The notes under the pieces: model-generated | The model's database searches: none | Seen by the model: only the letters and a program-made list of their open reading frames with translations | What the model was told of the DNA's origin: nothing | NCBI GenBank assembly: GCA_030390025.1 | Contig: CM059432.1 | Location: 16,060,001 to 16,124,000 of the forward strand | Direction of reading: 5' to 3' | Length of the DNA stretch: 64,000 nt | From: Squalus acanthias | Lineage: Eukaryota | Part shown: positions 38,416 to 52,698 of the stretch, piece after piece | Position numbering within the stretch: the first letter of the stretch is position 1 | How the letters are laid out: every line of letters begins with the position of its first letter | Program-made: the position numbers and the translations under genes

Positions 38416-39399
38416 ATTAGTTGGAAAGAAATTAAAGTTAAAATTAGAAAATTTGAGAGAATGGGGAAAAAGGGAAAATAGAAAAGTACAAGTAGTGTTC
38501 AAAATTTTCAATCTAATATTTTTTTTAAGAAAGGTGTTTTAATTAATTACAGTAACAAAGCTACTCCTGACATCTGAGAGCTTTAGTACCTGTAATATTA
38601 CTGTTTATTTTGATATTACATGGAGCTTTAAAAAAATGGCCAACTCAGGAAAAATGTTATTTTCTTGGACCTGCTAGTATTCCAAAGATTAAGAAAATGA
38701 CAACTCAGAGGAAAAGGTGAAACGTATTTGGCAAATCCTTCCGGCGTGTGTAGGGCACAGGCCAGGTGCACAGCATAGATCCCCCTTTGTTTTGTTTTTA
38801 TTTTCAAATGGTAACTGATTTCCCAGTATTAAGTAAAGTAAAGGATGGAAAAGTGGGGAAAAGAATACTTCAATATCCTCAAGGCAAATATAAATAAACC
38901 ATGTGCCATTTTTGTAAAGGAATAACAGTTAACTTCACTAGGAATGTTGCTTGTTTTCAAACTCTAAAGTGATGAACAACTTTTGTGAGTAGGATTTAAT
39001 GGAAGGCTTACATCACCGGGCCAATCTAAAAAGCAAAGTGGCTTTCAAGAGTGCGCCAGTAATCCCACCAGACAGGCCTTCAGACAGCTGAGGATCACTA
39101 ACTGGCGACATCCCTGAGCTGCACAGTGGTCGGTGGCTAGGCATACACGGCGCAGTCAAGAGATTGAGGACAGTGGCAACTAAATGTGCCCAGCCAATTC
39201 ATGCAAACTGATGTGAGGATGTCATGGCACCTTGCAAGCTGATGAAACGCAGTCTGTGTTATTTTTGGTAACCTAAGTCCTCAACACTGAATGCTGCTAT
39301 CTGTGGGAATAGTGAGAAGTTCGGTAGAGAGATCTTGTAGAGTGACCGATGTGTCCCTTTGTGTGTTACAGGTGTCTTTTTGTAATGTTCGCACGCTTT

Positions 39400-40057
39400 T
39401 ATGTTGATAAGGCTGTTAAAAAAGCATACGGGGTCCTTGGCTTTATAAATAGAGGCATAGAGTACAAAAGCAAGGAAGTTATGCTAAACCTTTATAAATC
39501 ACTGGTTAGGCCTCAGCTGGAGTATTGTGTCCAATTCTGGGCATCACACTTTAGGAAGGATGTGAAGGCCTTGGAGAGGGTGCAGAGGGGATTTGCTAGA
39601 ATGGTATCAGGGAGGAGGGACTTCAGTTACCTGGAGAGACTAGAGAAGCTGGGTTTGTTCTCCTTAGAGCAGAGAAGGCAAAGGGGAGATTTAATAGAGG
39701 CGATCAAAATCATGAAGGCTTTTAATAAAGTAAATAAGGAGAACGGTTTCCACTGGCAGAAGGGTTGGTAACCAGAGGCCACAGATTTAAGATAATTGGC
39801 AAAAGTGCCAGGAGGTGAGATGGAGACATTTTTTACACAAGTAGTTATTATGATCTGGAATGCACTGCCTGAGAGGGTGATGGAAGCAGATTCAATAGTA
39901 ACTTTCAAAAGGGAATTGGATAAATACTTGAAGGGGTAGAATTACAGGGATATGGGGGCAGAGAAGTGGAGTGGGATTAATTGGATAGCTCTTTCAAAGA
40001 GCCCGGCACAGGAACAATGGGACGAATGGCCTCCTTCTGTGCTGTAAGATTCTATGA
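39400..40057 (+). mobile_element. CR1 LINE 3' fragment
   Basis: [44 protein letters not shown]; tail GAATGGCCTCCTTCTGTGCTGTAAGATTCTATG. Confidence 0.93.
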
Positions 40058-40285
40058 TAAAGGCAACTGCAAGTACCTCTTTGTATCATTCATAGGTGTT
40101 TGTAAGGAGGCTGAAGTCTCCCTATACAGCATCCTGCATCTGGGGTACTATTCTCCCTGCTTCATTCTCTGCTATCTTATGCCCCTGACATTCAGATGGG
40201 TGATGCCAAGAAAAGTGCATTCACTCATCCTGCTTGGAGTCTTCCGGGTCAGCCTCCTCCTCCGATACATTGGGTGCTGCAACAG

Positions 40286-41553
40286 CTCACATCAAAGTCA
40301 CAAATGACATCCTTTGTGACTGTGACAAAGGTAAACTATCCCTCCTCATCCTTTTTGACTTGTCTGCAGCCTTTGACACGGTCAACCACTCCATCCTTCT
40401 CCAACGCCTCTCCACCGTCGTCCAGCTGGGTGGGACTGCACTCGCCTGGTTCCATTCTTATCTATCTAATCGTAGCCAGAGAATCACCTGCAATGGCTTC
40501 TCTTCCCGCTCCCGCATCGTTACCTCTGGTGTCCCCCAAAGATCTTGGCCCCCTCCTGTTTCTCATCTACATGCTGCCCCTTAGCGAAATCATCCGAAAA
40601 CACAGCGTCAGTTTCCACATGTACGCTGACGACACCCAGCTCTACCTCAGCACCACTTCTCTCAACCCCCTCTACGGTCTTTAAATTGTCAGACTGCTTG
40701 TCCGACATCCAGTTCTGGATGAGCAGAAATTTTCTCCAATTAAATATTGTGAAGACCGAAGCAATTGTTTTCGGTCCCCGCCATAAACTCCGTTCCCTAG
40801 CCACTGACTTCATCCCTCTCCCTAACATCTGTCTGAGGCTGAACCACACTGTTCGCACCCTGAAATGAGCTGCCAACCACATATCCACAGCATAACTAAG
40901 ACCGCCTATTTCCACCTCCGTAACATCGCCCGTCTCCGCCGTTGCCTCAGCTCATCCGCTGCTGAAACCCTCATCCATGCCTTTGTTACCTCTAGACTTG
41001 ACTATTCCAACGCACTCCTGGCTGGCCTACCCTATGTAAACTTGAGGTCATCCAAAACTCGGCTGTCTGTGTCCTGACTCGCACCAAGTCCCGTTCGCCC
41101 ATTACCCCTGTGCTCGCTGACCTACATTGGCTCCTGGTTAAGCAACGCCTCGATTTCAAAATTCTTATCCTTGTTTTCAAATCCCTCCATGGCCTCACCA
41201 CTCCCTATCTCTGTAATCTCCTTCAGCCCCACAACCCCCCCGCCCGAGATATCTGCGCTTCTCCAATTCTGCCCTCGAGCATCCTTGATTATAATCGCTC
41301 AACCATTGGTGGCCGTGCCTTCTGTTACCAGGGCCCTAAGGCTCTGGAATTCCCTCCCTAAACCTCACCAACTCTCTTTGCTCCTTTAAGACGCTCCTTA
41401 AAATCTACCTCTTTGACCAAGCTTTTGGTCACCTGCCCTAATTTCTCCTTATGTGGCTCGGTTTCAAACGTTTTTGTCTTTTAGTACTCCTGTGGAGCGC
41501 CTTGGGACGTTTTACTACGTTAAAGGTGCTATATAAATACAAGTTGTTGTTGT
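40286..41553 (+). mobile_element. L2-clade LINE, 5'-truncated
   Basis: [33 protein letters not shown]; (TTG)n tail. Confidence 0.95.
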
Positions 41554-42689
41554 GCTTCATTAGAAGATTCAAATTTGCTTTTCAATGAATGGCGCAGGGT
41601 GAGGATATATGAATAGAATTTTGGACTGAAGAGGATTTTATATTTAAAGACTGGGTGCATAAAATATTCCCCTAAAAATGTTACATGCAGATAAAACATT
41701 ATATAGCATTTCATGTTGTATATTGTATTTTATCATGCTAGAGTGACAATGTTAAAAATAGCTTATCAAAATCTAAATGCTCAGTGGATAGACTTCTTCA
41801 TGAGGTTAGAAAGTAGAGACAATTCCCAATCAGCAATAGGCGGGTTTTTCTTGGCCATATACATCCTTGGCCTTTTTTCTAAGACCTTTACCATGGTGCA
41901 CCTTTCAAAATGCTGCTTTTTTAAGGTCACTAAAGCATTTTCCAATTCCTTTAGCATCCCTGGTATTTTGCAACACGTTGTTAACACGTTTTTGGGCTGT
42001 TTTAGCCAAGACATTTTGACACTCGGCAATTATGGGTTGGGGAAAACCATGGCATCTAGACACAAAAGGCTTCAAGGGGTATGGGGAGAGCGCGGGAATA
42101 TGGTATTGAGATAGAGGATCAGCCATGATCATATTGAATGGCGGAGCAGGCTCGAAGGGCCAAATGGCCTACTCCTGCTCCTATGTTTCTATGGTAAATA
42201 AGGCATTGTCTTTATGGCAACGTTTTTGCAAATCTTGCCTTTTTATTTAACTTGGGAAGGAGAAGCACCAGAAAAAGTGCGGATACTGTTTTTGTCATGA
42301 AGAAGTCCCACCCATGTGGCACAGCACGTTTTCCAATCCGATTTGCGTCATTCCAATTTTTCCTTCTTAACAGAGAAAAAGATTTTACAAACACTTCTGC
42401 TTTCATATGTTACCCCTTTAATACATTGTTTAACAATGTATGCCGTTGCTTCTCTCTGAAGCATGGCATTCAATTAAGTTTGGTTTTGCAATGCCCGTTG
42501 CTTTGATTGAGTGCCAGTGCACAATAAGCCAAGCTCATTAACAAAGGTCGAATGGCTCATTTCCAGTTTGTTAAACTGGTTCATTTGCATGATTCTATTA
42601 AACTTTCCACTAGCTTCTGCCAGTGCTAGATTATAATGTAAACATGTGAAAAGTACCCTTATTATGACTCTGCCGTAACAGCTCGCATA

Positions 42690-43350
42690 TACGTAGCATC
42701 TTTAATGTAGTGGAATATCCTACAGACGATGAACGGAGCTGAGCAGTAGTGAAATTTAAGGGAGGTGACTGAAGGCATATAGTCAGAGATAAGTTTTGAG
42801 GAGGCTTTAGAAAATGGACAGAGAGGGAGCAAAGAGGAGGGCTTTAGGGAGAAAGTTCCAGAGTAGGAATCGAAGACAGTGAAAATCCGGTTACCAAAGC
42901 TGGAGTGCTAAGCAGGTGAATGGAAAGGAGGTCCGAGTCAGAAGATCTGTGGGCATATGCTGGCATGGAGGACTGAAGATGTTACAGGAGGTAGGGACAT
43001 GCAGGAATTTCAACGCCAAGACGAGGATTTTGAAGCGTTAGCGGAGAATGAGATTTGCAAGACAGGGGTAATAGACGAGGGATAACTCGTTCAGGAGAGG
43101 ATATGGGCAGCGTAGTTCTGGATGAATTGGAGTTTATGGAGGATAGGGCTCAGAAGGCCAGATAGGAGAGCAGTGGAGAAGTCGAGTCTGGAGTTGATGA
43201 AGTTATGAATGAAGTTTTCATTGGCCGCAGGGAGGAGATAGTATCAGAGGTGGATGAATTTGCAGGAGTGGAAATAGGCAGTCTTGATGATGGACAGGAA
43301 GTGAGCTTTGAAACTCCGCTGAGGGTCAAACAGGACACCAAAGTTACACC
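42690..43350 (-). mobile_element. Old degenerate L2 3' part
   Basis: Patchy similarity to 50461-51200; GVTLVSCLTL...SFITSSTPD equivalent to LGVIFD...HAFVTSRLD region. Confidence 0.65.
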
Positions 43351-44094
43351 CACACAAAGGATAATGCAGGCCTCCTGAGCTTTACTACATAACAGACAGC
43401 TCCGATATTTGCAGTAACTTCCCCTGCTAGTCCCTTTCTCTATTCTAACCGCATTTGATTTGAACTAGTTGGTTAAGAGACTTCCCCTGTAATGAGTCAA
43501 ATGGACTAACACAAGTTTTACACAGTGATGCCTCGGAAGTGCTGACACGTTCGGCATCTTTCATGAACAATTACACTCATTGGAACAGCTGTATCTGAGC
43601 AAAATCACTAGACATATTTGGTTAAACAGAATAGTTTTACTATTTATTCTAATGCAACTTATAACACAGTTTAACATGAGAGGCCGTAGACACAAGATTA
43701 AATCTAAACAGGCAGCAAGAGATTCCTTAGCTCGAGATTCCGATGCTGCAAAATTCACTTCCAGGGTTAGTGGTTGCGGCAAAAACGATGTCAACATTCC
43801 AAATTAGATTGAGTAGGTGGTTGAAGATAAGGGGAACAAAGAGGTATGTGTTATGGATTATTTGCTCACATGGAAGGTAAATTCCGACATGGGCTAGTTG
43901 GGCCGAATGGCCTGTTTCTGCATTGTAACGTCTATGCATTTCTAGTTTGTTAAGTGTTCAATGTTATACAGAGAATATCAGAATAGATATATGGGCTGAT
44001 TCCAAGTATATGCTTTTATTGAGTATTTCAGGTTTTATTTTAATCCACATATCAAATCTCAAGCAGGAATATAACTTGTCATCTGAATAATGCT

Positions 44095-44485
44095 GTCCTG
44101 GTGACTCGGTGGTTAAATGCACTGCCCAATGTGGTCCTTAGCCATTCAGACAAGGAAGGTCCCAGGTCCAATCCCTGGTCAATTAGCGTGAACACCACTG
44201 GGCTAAAAAAAAGGGGTGAGGAATGTCCAGCAATGGTTCCCACTCCTATTCGCTGTCCCGTGGCCCCTGGGTAAAGTTAATGTGTGTGGGTATAAGATGA
44301 GGACAGGATCACGCTAAGCTGGATTGTTTCCTCTGGACGAATAGCCTCTTTCAACACTCAATGCCAGAGCCAACACATGAAGACTGGACCAGCTAGGCTA
44401 AGTATCCAAGGCTGCCAGAATCCATGGAACCAGGCCACTGCACGAGTTGGCACATTCAGGAAAAGGAGGAGAAAATTAGAGGAAA
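44095..44485 (+). mobile_element. Ancient tRNA-headed SINE-like repeat
   Basis: A-box-like TGACTCGGTGG, B-box-like GGTCCAATCCC, purine-rich tail; several diverged relatives in window. Confidence 0.55.
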
Positions 44486-46893
44486 AGTCGTCACCTGTAT
44501 CCAAGACAACATTATATAGCCTGGTATCCAGAATGTGCGCTCTCTCTGATAAGTATTGCAAACGCAATGGGATGGGCTAGTTTCCAGTCAGTTGTTATGG
44601 AAAGACAGTCCTCAGTGTGATGAATGCTCTCGATGTCATTGGCTCCGCCAGATAAATATTGCAAGTTCATTGAGTGATAGTCAATAATCAGTCAACTATC
44701 AGCAAAGAACATGGCCAGTAAGTATAATATTACTTGCTGATCTCCCATGGCATTTCTCACTGGAATTCAGGTGATATGCTTTTCATAATGACAGGAGTTC
44801 TCGAGCATTCATTCACAATGTGTATTATTCTGCTGCTGAAGTGGAACTGCATTTAAGTTGGCCTGTTCCTTTTAAGCCAGAACATCTGGTTGCTATACAT
44901 AAACACAGGCCAGAGTTTAGTTGTTATTTGATGAGGGAACTTTGCAGATTGGAATCTAATTGTTTGTTATTTCAGGTTGCAGCTCAAAAGCACCTAGCAT
45001 TTTAAGATTGTTATGCAGTACCTACATGGGCTCCTCCAGCCCTACATGCAAGCACGTTCCCTCTACTCTCACGACTCTGGCCTCCTTTGCATCTATAACA
45101 AAGTGTGATGTCTGCTCAGGCTAAGATACCATTTACTGATGTACCATTTTTAATATATTACAGATATAAGGCAGTCTATTTCCAAATAATTCATTGCAGA
45201 TTACATTCCTGTAATCTTTAGTGATGATATCTAAAATGAACTTTAAAAAAAAATCTTCTTTAATTACCAGTGTTCTTCCCTTCCTTTATGGTACACTCGC
45301 ATAGTCTCCCTCGAGTATCCTCCACATGTGGTAATTATTTCTGTCCGAGTCTTCATAGTGAGAATCTAAAGGATATGTGACCACAGGGAAAAACCTGATT
45401 CTGGTCTCAACTGGGCCAATATGTACCCCAGCAGATCTTCATGGGTCAAGGTTTGCTTCCATAACTGTGGCACTGCTGGATCACCCTCCTCTATTGCTTT
45501 GCCCAGAGCAGTCGACTGCATTGGGTAAGGTTGCCCTTTGAATTTAAACCCAAATATGGATGGCCATGTTCGACATTCACCATCACTCCCAGCTGGAAAT
45601 CCAGGAAGTGGAGATGAATGTCAGAGAGCCTGGGGAATGGGGTAATTGGGCAGTAACAGGTTGGAAAATCCCGGATACTCATTCCCAGCAAAAGTTTCTG
45701 GACTGTGACCAACAAGAGGCCCAAGAACTGAACTGTCCACCCCTAGCCCAAGGATGCCGAGACCGCTTATTAGAGCCCTTACCGCAACCTAGACTGTGAT
45801 CAGTTTAATCAGTACAGACAAGGGATCGAACATTGCCACCTTCCTGTTCTGTATAGCTCAGCTACTGATTGAATAAACTTCCAGAGCAACTCGGGGAACC
45901 ATGGAAACAAACCCGGCCAGAGAAGATCATTGATGTCCGAGGGAAGCAGGAACATTGTCGAAGCAATGAAAGCCCACGATGTGAGGAAGGTTGCATTGGT
46001 TAAGGTGCCAGCATGTCAAGTGGGTTGAAGGCTGATATTCAAAGAAAGAAGAACTTGCATTTATGTAGCGCCTTTCACAGTCCCAAAGCTGTCCCAGTTG
46101 AGACCAGAATCACCTTTGAAGCCATTGTCTTCGGTCCCCGCCATAAACTATTCACCAAGTGAATGAAACGTCCTGCATCGCCATGTTGCGATCTTCCAGA
46201 GAGAGAAACTTTTATCATTCAAAGTAACAATGCTCCATATATTCCAGAAAATGATGAGTGCATTGAAGTGATTGCAGTAAAAATCATCGCCGGATTCAGC
46301 TGAAAATAAATCACTTGAACTTCATTCCTGTGGTTTGGGATATATTCTGAACATTACCCGGCTCCTCCAGCCCAATGGAATCGGAATATTCCCTTCACAC
46401 CCATTATTCTCTATTTTAATTCATTCTGTGGCTGTTGTGTCTTTTCGTAAAATGTCGATCCAGAAAGTTTTAAAAGGAACTTTATTAATAAGCATGAATT
46501 GGAATGACAGACACCAAAAGTATTGAAAAATAAGGACTTGATGGTTTCCATGTCATTGAAATGACTCATTGTGGTATTTCACTCAATACAGCTGCTGACA
46601 ATTCTACTGGTTAATCATGCATTGTAAAAATAACCAGAAACGCTACACAGCAGTGACTCTTAGTCATGTACAACTGAAAGGAGTGGAGCCTGTAGGAACT
46701 AAAGCCCTTTATAAAACACATAAAACCCTTTATGATCTTCTTCCTAAATCTATGCTTAACACACGCACACACATGCAGACACACGCACACAAAGTCCCCA
46801 AGCACCTCAGTTTAATCAAGGCATTTGAAAAGTGATCTCCCCCCCTCCCCCCACCCCATCAATTCTCCCCCTGCCTTCTCTCCTGAAAGCATT

Positions 46894-47407
46894 AGCCTAG
46901 AAATTCGGCCACACCGCACCCATTTTTTTGAGCGCTAAATGGCCTCCTAAGCCTCCAATATGGCGGGCAGGAAGCATACAATCATTACGAGTTGGAAATG
47001 CCATATTGGTAAAGGGGGGGGGGGGGGGGGGAGGGGGGGGAAATCGGCGTGCAGTGCCCAAGCCTGAAACAGGAGTTAGGACCGTTGCATATACAAATAG
47101 GGGGCCTTAACGCCTGTTTGAGGCCGCCTCTGCAAGATTGGTTTGCCCTGAGGCAGCAAGCGCCCGCTGCACTCAGGAAAACTAGGTCAACATGCAGCCT
47201 TACAGGTAGTCCTTAAAGGTCCCCTTTAACCACTTACCTGAGGGTCACTGCAGGCCCAATCTTCCATTCCTCTTTGCCGGCGTGCTGCCTGTTACTGTTC
47301 GCAGCTCGCTGGCCCAATGGTAATGAGGCCAGAGGCCCAATATCGGGTGCACCTCGAGCCTCACCATTCAAGGGCAGGGATTGTGACGCACCCCAAATTT
47401 CTAGACA
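46894..47407. mobile_element. Harbinger-type MITE
   Basis: TIRs AGCCTAGAAATTCGG / TGTCTAGAAATTTGG(rc); TSD ATT; left part resembles 12930-13030. Confidence 0.75.
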
Positions 47408-48723
47408 ATTGACTCTTTGCTGGCACTGCATTAGTCCTCACAACCTGAGGCAGGCCTGTACCTCCTGCATTCTCTGACCAACGGAGCCAGTCAACCACAA
47501 ATTCTTACAACTCTAGGAGGATCCAGAGCCATGTTTGTTGGAGCCAACTACTGGAGAGCGAGGGCCTCCTCGCAGTTTGGAAGCTGCCAGCGACACAAAG
47601 GTGCAACTCCTCCACCCTACGGCAAATATGGCTGAAGCATCGGTGAGCTAAATCCCAACTGGTGATATTTGGCCTCCCTCTGGAAGAAATACCACAAGCA
47701 ATTTGGAGCCTGTTTGTGGCAGCTCACTCGAAATACTCCCACCCACCCACCACACCCAAACCAGCTCCCAAGAGAAAGCAGATAGGCAACAGTGGCTCAC
47801 CCTTAGACAGGGAAGGGCAATGAGCCCAATCAAGTGGGCAGGGACTTCCTATTCCCTGACCCAACTGAATCCCCAGGGGACCAAGAACAAAGAAATGGTT
47901 TAAATCCATATTGCTCCCAGTGTAAGCACAACCATGACCAAAAAATCCTTGGTGAAACCTGCGCATGTAATCAAAAATCTACTTCATAAAATATACCTGC
48001 GAATGTAAACTTTTGAAGAACCAAAAGCATTTTTTTTTTAAGTTTCTGTGGCGATATGCAAGCAGATAAAATTCGAGAATGGTGAATACTCCTCGTGTAC
48101 ATCCAACCCAATAAATGCTAGATGACAAAAAAAGTCAAATAATTTTAAAACCTGCATCCTAATTCCACGTAAATTTACAACTGGAGTCCATAATGGAAAA
48201 GTACTGGAAGACTAACTCAAGGACGTGAAACACTGATAAAGGTTGTTTTCCCCCTTTATCATTGCACTTGCTTTAAGCAGGCAAGATCACGTGCAAGCAT
48301 TAATTCCACCCACCAGCCCTCGACGGACATTAAAGCAATGCCCCCAGGTTACAGGATGAAATTGCTTATCACAAGCCAGATAGGGCTATAGCAAACTACA
48401 GCAAAAACATTACTGCCTTGTGGAAAAACATGATTGTAACCCTCACTTGCAAAGCAGTAGTTTAACCGCCTAGCTGCTAAATCCCTCCTTGGAATAAATG
48501 CCTTTTGAACTTAGTCCAGCCACGAGCTGACAGATCTAGACCTTCGTCATCTCACCGTGAGGACTGCAGAAACTGGCCCATGGGGTTCGACTAAGCGAAT
48601 CGCTCGCTAATAAACTGAGTTCCCAGAGAGAGAGAGCGAGAGTGCAAGAGAGAGCATGAGGGAGTAAGTAAGTGTGTACTTAATTATTCCAGGTCAAAGA
48701 AAAAAAAAACTTGTATTTATATC

Positions 48724-49288
48724 GGGCTCGATATTAACCCTACCCACCCAGCAGAAACCAGGTGGGTATGCAGGTAAAAACGGGCAGGTTACTTACCCAC
48801 ATGGATATCGACCCTTTCCCACCGCCTCAGTTACTAACCCCGCAAGGTTCTACAGGCGGATAGGAAGCCTGCCTAAAGCATGAATTTATGCAAATCAGTA
48901 GCCTGTTACGTCAATGGAACACTGATGGCATTTTAACCGGGGCCAGAGAGATTTTCCCACCCGGCTGACGCGGGTCCACAGCTTGTGGGAAAGGCGAAGA
49001 GGCCCTCCAGGTATGTCAAAAAATGTCCTTCATGGGACCAGCTCCCCTGCCCAGGACTCCCCCACAACTCCCCGCCTCCCGAACCCCTCTTCCCTCCTGT
49101 AAGACCCTCACAAAATCTCTTCCTGGCTGGCTGCCACTCTATACCCTCTTCGGACGCAAAGTTGACCGGATACATTTAAATGAGGCCCGGGTGTTAAAAT
49201 AGCCCCAGGCCTGAAACTTAGGCAAGGGAGTGTGTTTTTCCATTCACTCGGCCCATCCCCCACCCCGCCTGCCCGAAACCCCTGCTCG
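48724..49288. mobile_element. MITE-like element, right end replaced by a family B tail
   Basis: Starts GGGCTCGATATTAAC; ATTTAAATGAGGCCC motif shared with 56050-56623; family B tail at 49288-49362. Confidence 0.5.
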
Positions 49289-49694
49289 TTGGACTATAAC
49301 CTGGTGTTGTGCGACCTCTCAATTTTGTCCACCCCAGTCCAACACCGGCATCTCCGCATCATCGCCAGCATTAACATCTTATTACTGGAGGAGGCGGATG
49401 TTTGTTAAGATTACAGTGGAAGACCTTCAAAAAACTAATGCTACAGGTGCAGGGCAAATACATGCTTAAGATCAGCAAGCTCAGACTAAACAACTCCAAA
49501 TAGATTAACACACTTTCAAAATGAAATAGAGGAGAAACGCTACAGGGAGAAAGAATGAAGGGCTCACGGAGATGAATGTAGGATCATGCAGAAACAAGTT
49601 GAAAGAAAGAGTGATCAGAGGGGCAAAGAGAGACCTAGGGGGAACAAAAAGCATAGCTGCAGAGACGAAACAGAATGCAAAAAATGCTCTCAGT

Positions 49695-50157
49695 AAGAAA
49701 GACTTGCATTTATATAGCGCCTTTCACGACCACCAGACGTCTCAAAGTGCTTTACAGCCAATGAAGTACTTTTTGAAGTGGAGTCATTGTTGTAATCTAG
49801 GAAGCGCGGCAGCCAATTTGTGCACAGCAAGCTCCCACTAACAGCAATGTGATAATGACCAGATAATCTGTTTTAGTGATGTTGATTGAGGGATGAATAT
49901 TGGCCAGGACACCGGGGATAACTCCCCTGCTCTTCTTCGAAACAGTGCCTTGGCATCTTTTACATCCACCTGAGAGAGCAGCTGGGGCCTCGGTTTAACA
50001 TCTCATTCGAAAGACAGCAGCTCCGACAGTGCAGCACTCCCTCAGCACTGTACTGGAGTGTCAGCCTAGCTTATGTGCTCAAGTTCCTGGAGTGGGACTT
50101 GAACCCACAACCTTCTGACTCAGAGGCGAGTGTGTTACCCACTGAGCCACAGCTGAC
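49695..50157 (-). mobile_element. Full-length tRNA-derived Deu-domain SINE
   Basis: Minus: GTCAGCTGTGGCTCAGTGG (A box), GGTTCAAGTCC (B box), Deu core, L2-like tail. Confidence 0.92.
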
Positions 50158-50460
50158 TACCATAGCCAAATGGCCGCCTTCTGTGCCGTAAACTTCTATG
50201 ATTCTATAGCGAGAGGGCTGTCAGAGAAGAGGCAAGGACATTAAAAGATGCAAATGACTGGAAATTGAAGATGAGCACAAGATACTAAATATTCTGAATG
50301 ATGAGTTCTTCAAAGTACATCAAGTCCTCTCCAAAAAAAACTACCAAGGCAAAATTCAGCATTTTGGTATTAACAAGATAGAAGTCCAAGACAAGTTGAA
50401 AGTATTTAAAACAAATGATTCACCAGTGCTAGACGGTATTTACCTCAGACTTGAGAGAGA

Positions 50461-51582
50461 CAACAATAACTTGTATTTATATAGCGCCTTTAACGTAGTA
50501 AAACGTCCCAAGGCACTTCACAGGAGTATTATAAGACAAATAAATTTGACACCGAGCCACATAAGGAGAAATTAGGGCAGGTGACCAAAAGCTTGGTCAA
50601 AGAGGTAGGTTTTAAGGAGCGTCTTAAAGGAGGAAAGAGAGGTAGAGAGGCGGAGAGGTTTAGGCAGGGAATTCCAGAGCTTAGGGCCTAGGCAACTGAA
50701 GGCACGGCCACCAATGGTTGAGCGATTATAATCAGGGATGCTCAAGAGGGCAGAATTAGAGGGGCACAGATATCTCGGGGGGGTTTGTGGGGCTGAAGGA
50801 GATTACAGAGATAGGGAGGGGCAAGGTCATGGAGGGATTTGAAAACAAGGATGAGAATTTTGAAAATCGAGGCGTTGCTTAACCGGGAGCCAATGTAGGT
50901 CAGCGAGCACAGGGGTGATGGGTGAACGGGACTTGGTGCGAGTTAGGACACGGGCAGCCGCGTTTTGGATGACCTCAAGTTTACGTAGGGTAGAATGTGG
51001 GAGGCCAGCCAGGAGTGCGTTGGAATAGTCAAGTCTAGAGGTAACAAAGGCATGGATGAGGGTTTCAGCAGCGGATGAGCTGAGGCAAGGGCGGAGACGG
51101 GCGATGTTACGGAGGTGGAAATAGACAGGTTTTAGTTATGCTGCGGATATGTGGTCGGAAGCTCATTTCAGGGTCAAATATGACACCAAGTTTGCAAACA
51201 GTGTGGTTCAGCCTCAGACAGATGTTAGGGAGAGAGATGGAGTCAATGGCTGGGGAACGGAGTTTGTGGCGGGGACCGAAAACAATGGCTTCGGTCTTCC
51301 CAATATGTAATTGGAGAACATGTCTGCTCATCCAGAACTGTACGTCGGACAAGCAGTCTGACAATTTAGAGACCGTGGAGGGGTCGAGAGAAGTGGTAGT
51401 GAGGTAGAGCTGGGTGTTTCATGTGGAAACTGACATGGTGTTTTCAGATGTCGTCGCCAAGGGGCAACATGTAGATGAGAAATAGGTGGGGGGCCAAGGA
51501 TAGATCCTTGGGGGACACTAGAGGTAACGATGCGGGAGCGGGAAGAGAAGCCTGTTGCAGGTGATTCTCTGGCTACAATTAG
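50461..51582 (-). mobile_element. L2-clade LINE, 5'-truncated
   Basis: Reverse complement of 17330-18467; CLSDVQFWMS...IGKTEAIVFG. Confidence 0.95.
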
Positions 51583-51813
51583 CAGGAAGATTTGTGAGGC
51601 ACTGACAATTATAAAAAGGTGTCAATGGGAGGTACCAGTAAATTGGAAATATTCAAAATCAGGCTGGTAAAACAGACCTATTGCCAGGAGTAAACTTGAT
51701 TATCTGTACAACAACCACCTAGTCAACAGAGTCACCACGGCTTTAGATGGGAAAGATACTGCCTGGGCAACCTCCAAGTCAACTTTGGTAAACATTACAA
51801 CATTGAATACTTA

Positions 51814-52698
51814 GGGGGAGAAATTCGGTATCGCCCCGTTTGGGGCACAATTATCGGCCGGGCACAAAGTTTAGCACCTGGCGCTAATTATCGCCTCCGA
51901 CTGCAAACTTGGCTTCTATCGCCCCTGGAGGTGATTGAAGCGCTAAATCAGGCGCTTCACACCTCTCTAAGGCGCTAACGCCGAGGAGCGAGGCGCTACC
52001 TCAGAGCGCTGGCGAAGCTCATGTGATGTCAGTCAGCAATGGAACACAGACACACTGGCGCCGGCCAGTTCGTAAAGGGGAGGGTCGATCTTGCTCTCCA
52101 TCCACACCCTGCTCATTGAGGCCTTGAATCTCGGCCTGGACAGACCTGTACATCAAATCTGCTAGAAAGAACAATGGAGAGGCCCAGGGAAAGAGCTCAG
52201 AGTGCAGCCCCCATAATCTCTTCTAAATCGATGCAAGGAAGGTCAAATCAAAATCAAAATGAACCTGCAAAGTGCTGCTCAGTACCCAAAACTTCACACA
52301 GCGTTGAATCTCTCCAGAAGTCTCTCTCTCTCTCTCTCTCTCGCAGAATGCGTGGTGCAAAAATGTCGCCGACAAAAAAAGGCTGGAAGCAGTCGCCTTT
52401 AAATAGCACTCCCCCAGTCCCTTCCTGACTGCAAAACGTTCCCCTCAACCTGTCGTTGCTAGCGGCAGGCGGAAAGGCAGGGGGCGCCACTCAATATCCG
52501 GTCTGGGGCGCTACCGGGGCGTTGCACGCTGACTGATGTCACGATCTGCGGGCGCAGGAGATCGTGGCAGTAGTGTTTAGCACCGCTGCAAAATGTCTGG
52601 TCAATTTCGCGAGCGGTGCAAACATCGCCGTGCCCGGGCACTAGTAGCGCCCTCTTAGGGCGCTAACGGGAGGCGCAAAGCAACCGAATTTTTCCCCC
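51814..52698. mobile_element. PIF/Harbinger-type MITE (GCGCTAA-rich family)
   Basis: 16-bp TIRs GGGGGAGAAATTCGGT / GGGGGAAAAATTCGGT(rc); TSD TTA; empty site restores CR1 codons TAC TTA GAC TTT (YLDF); internal ATG MERPRERA resembles Myb-ORF start. Confidence 0.9.

Noticed and set aside
41713..42132. Overlapping ORFs resembling a small gene
   Set aside because: No recognisable domain or splice support; right part is a CR1 tail (~42065-42195)
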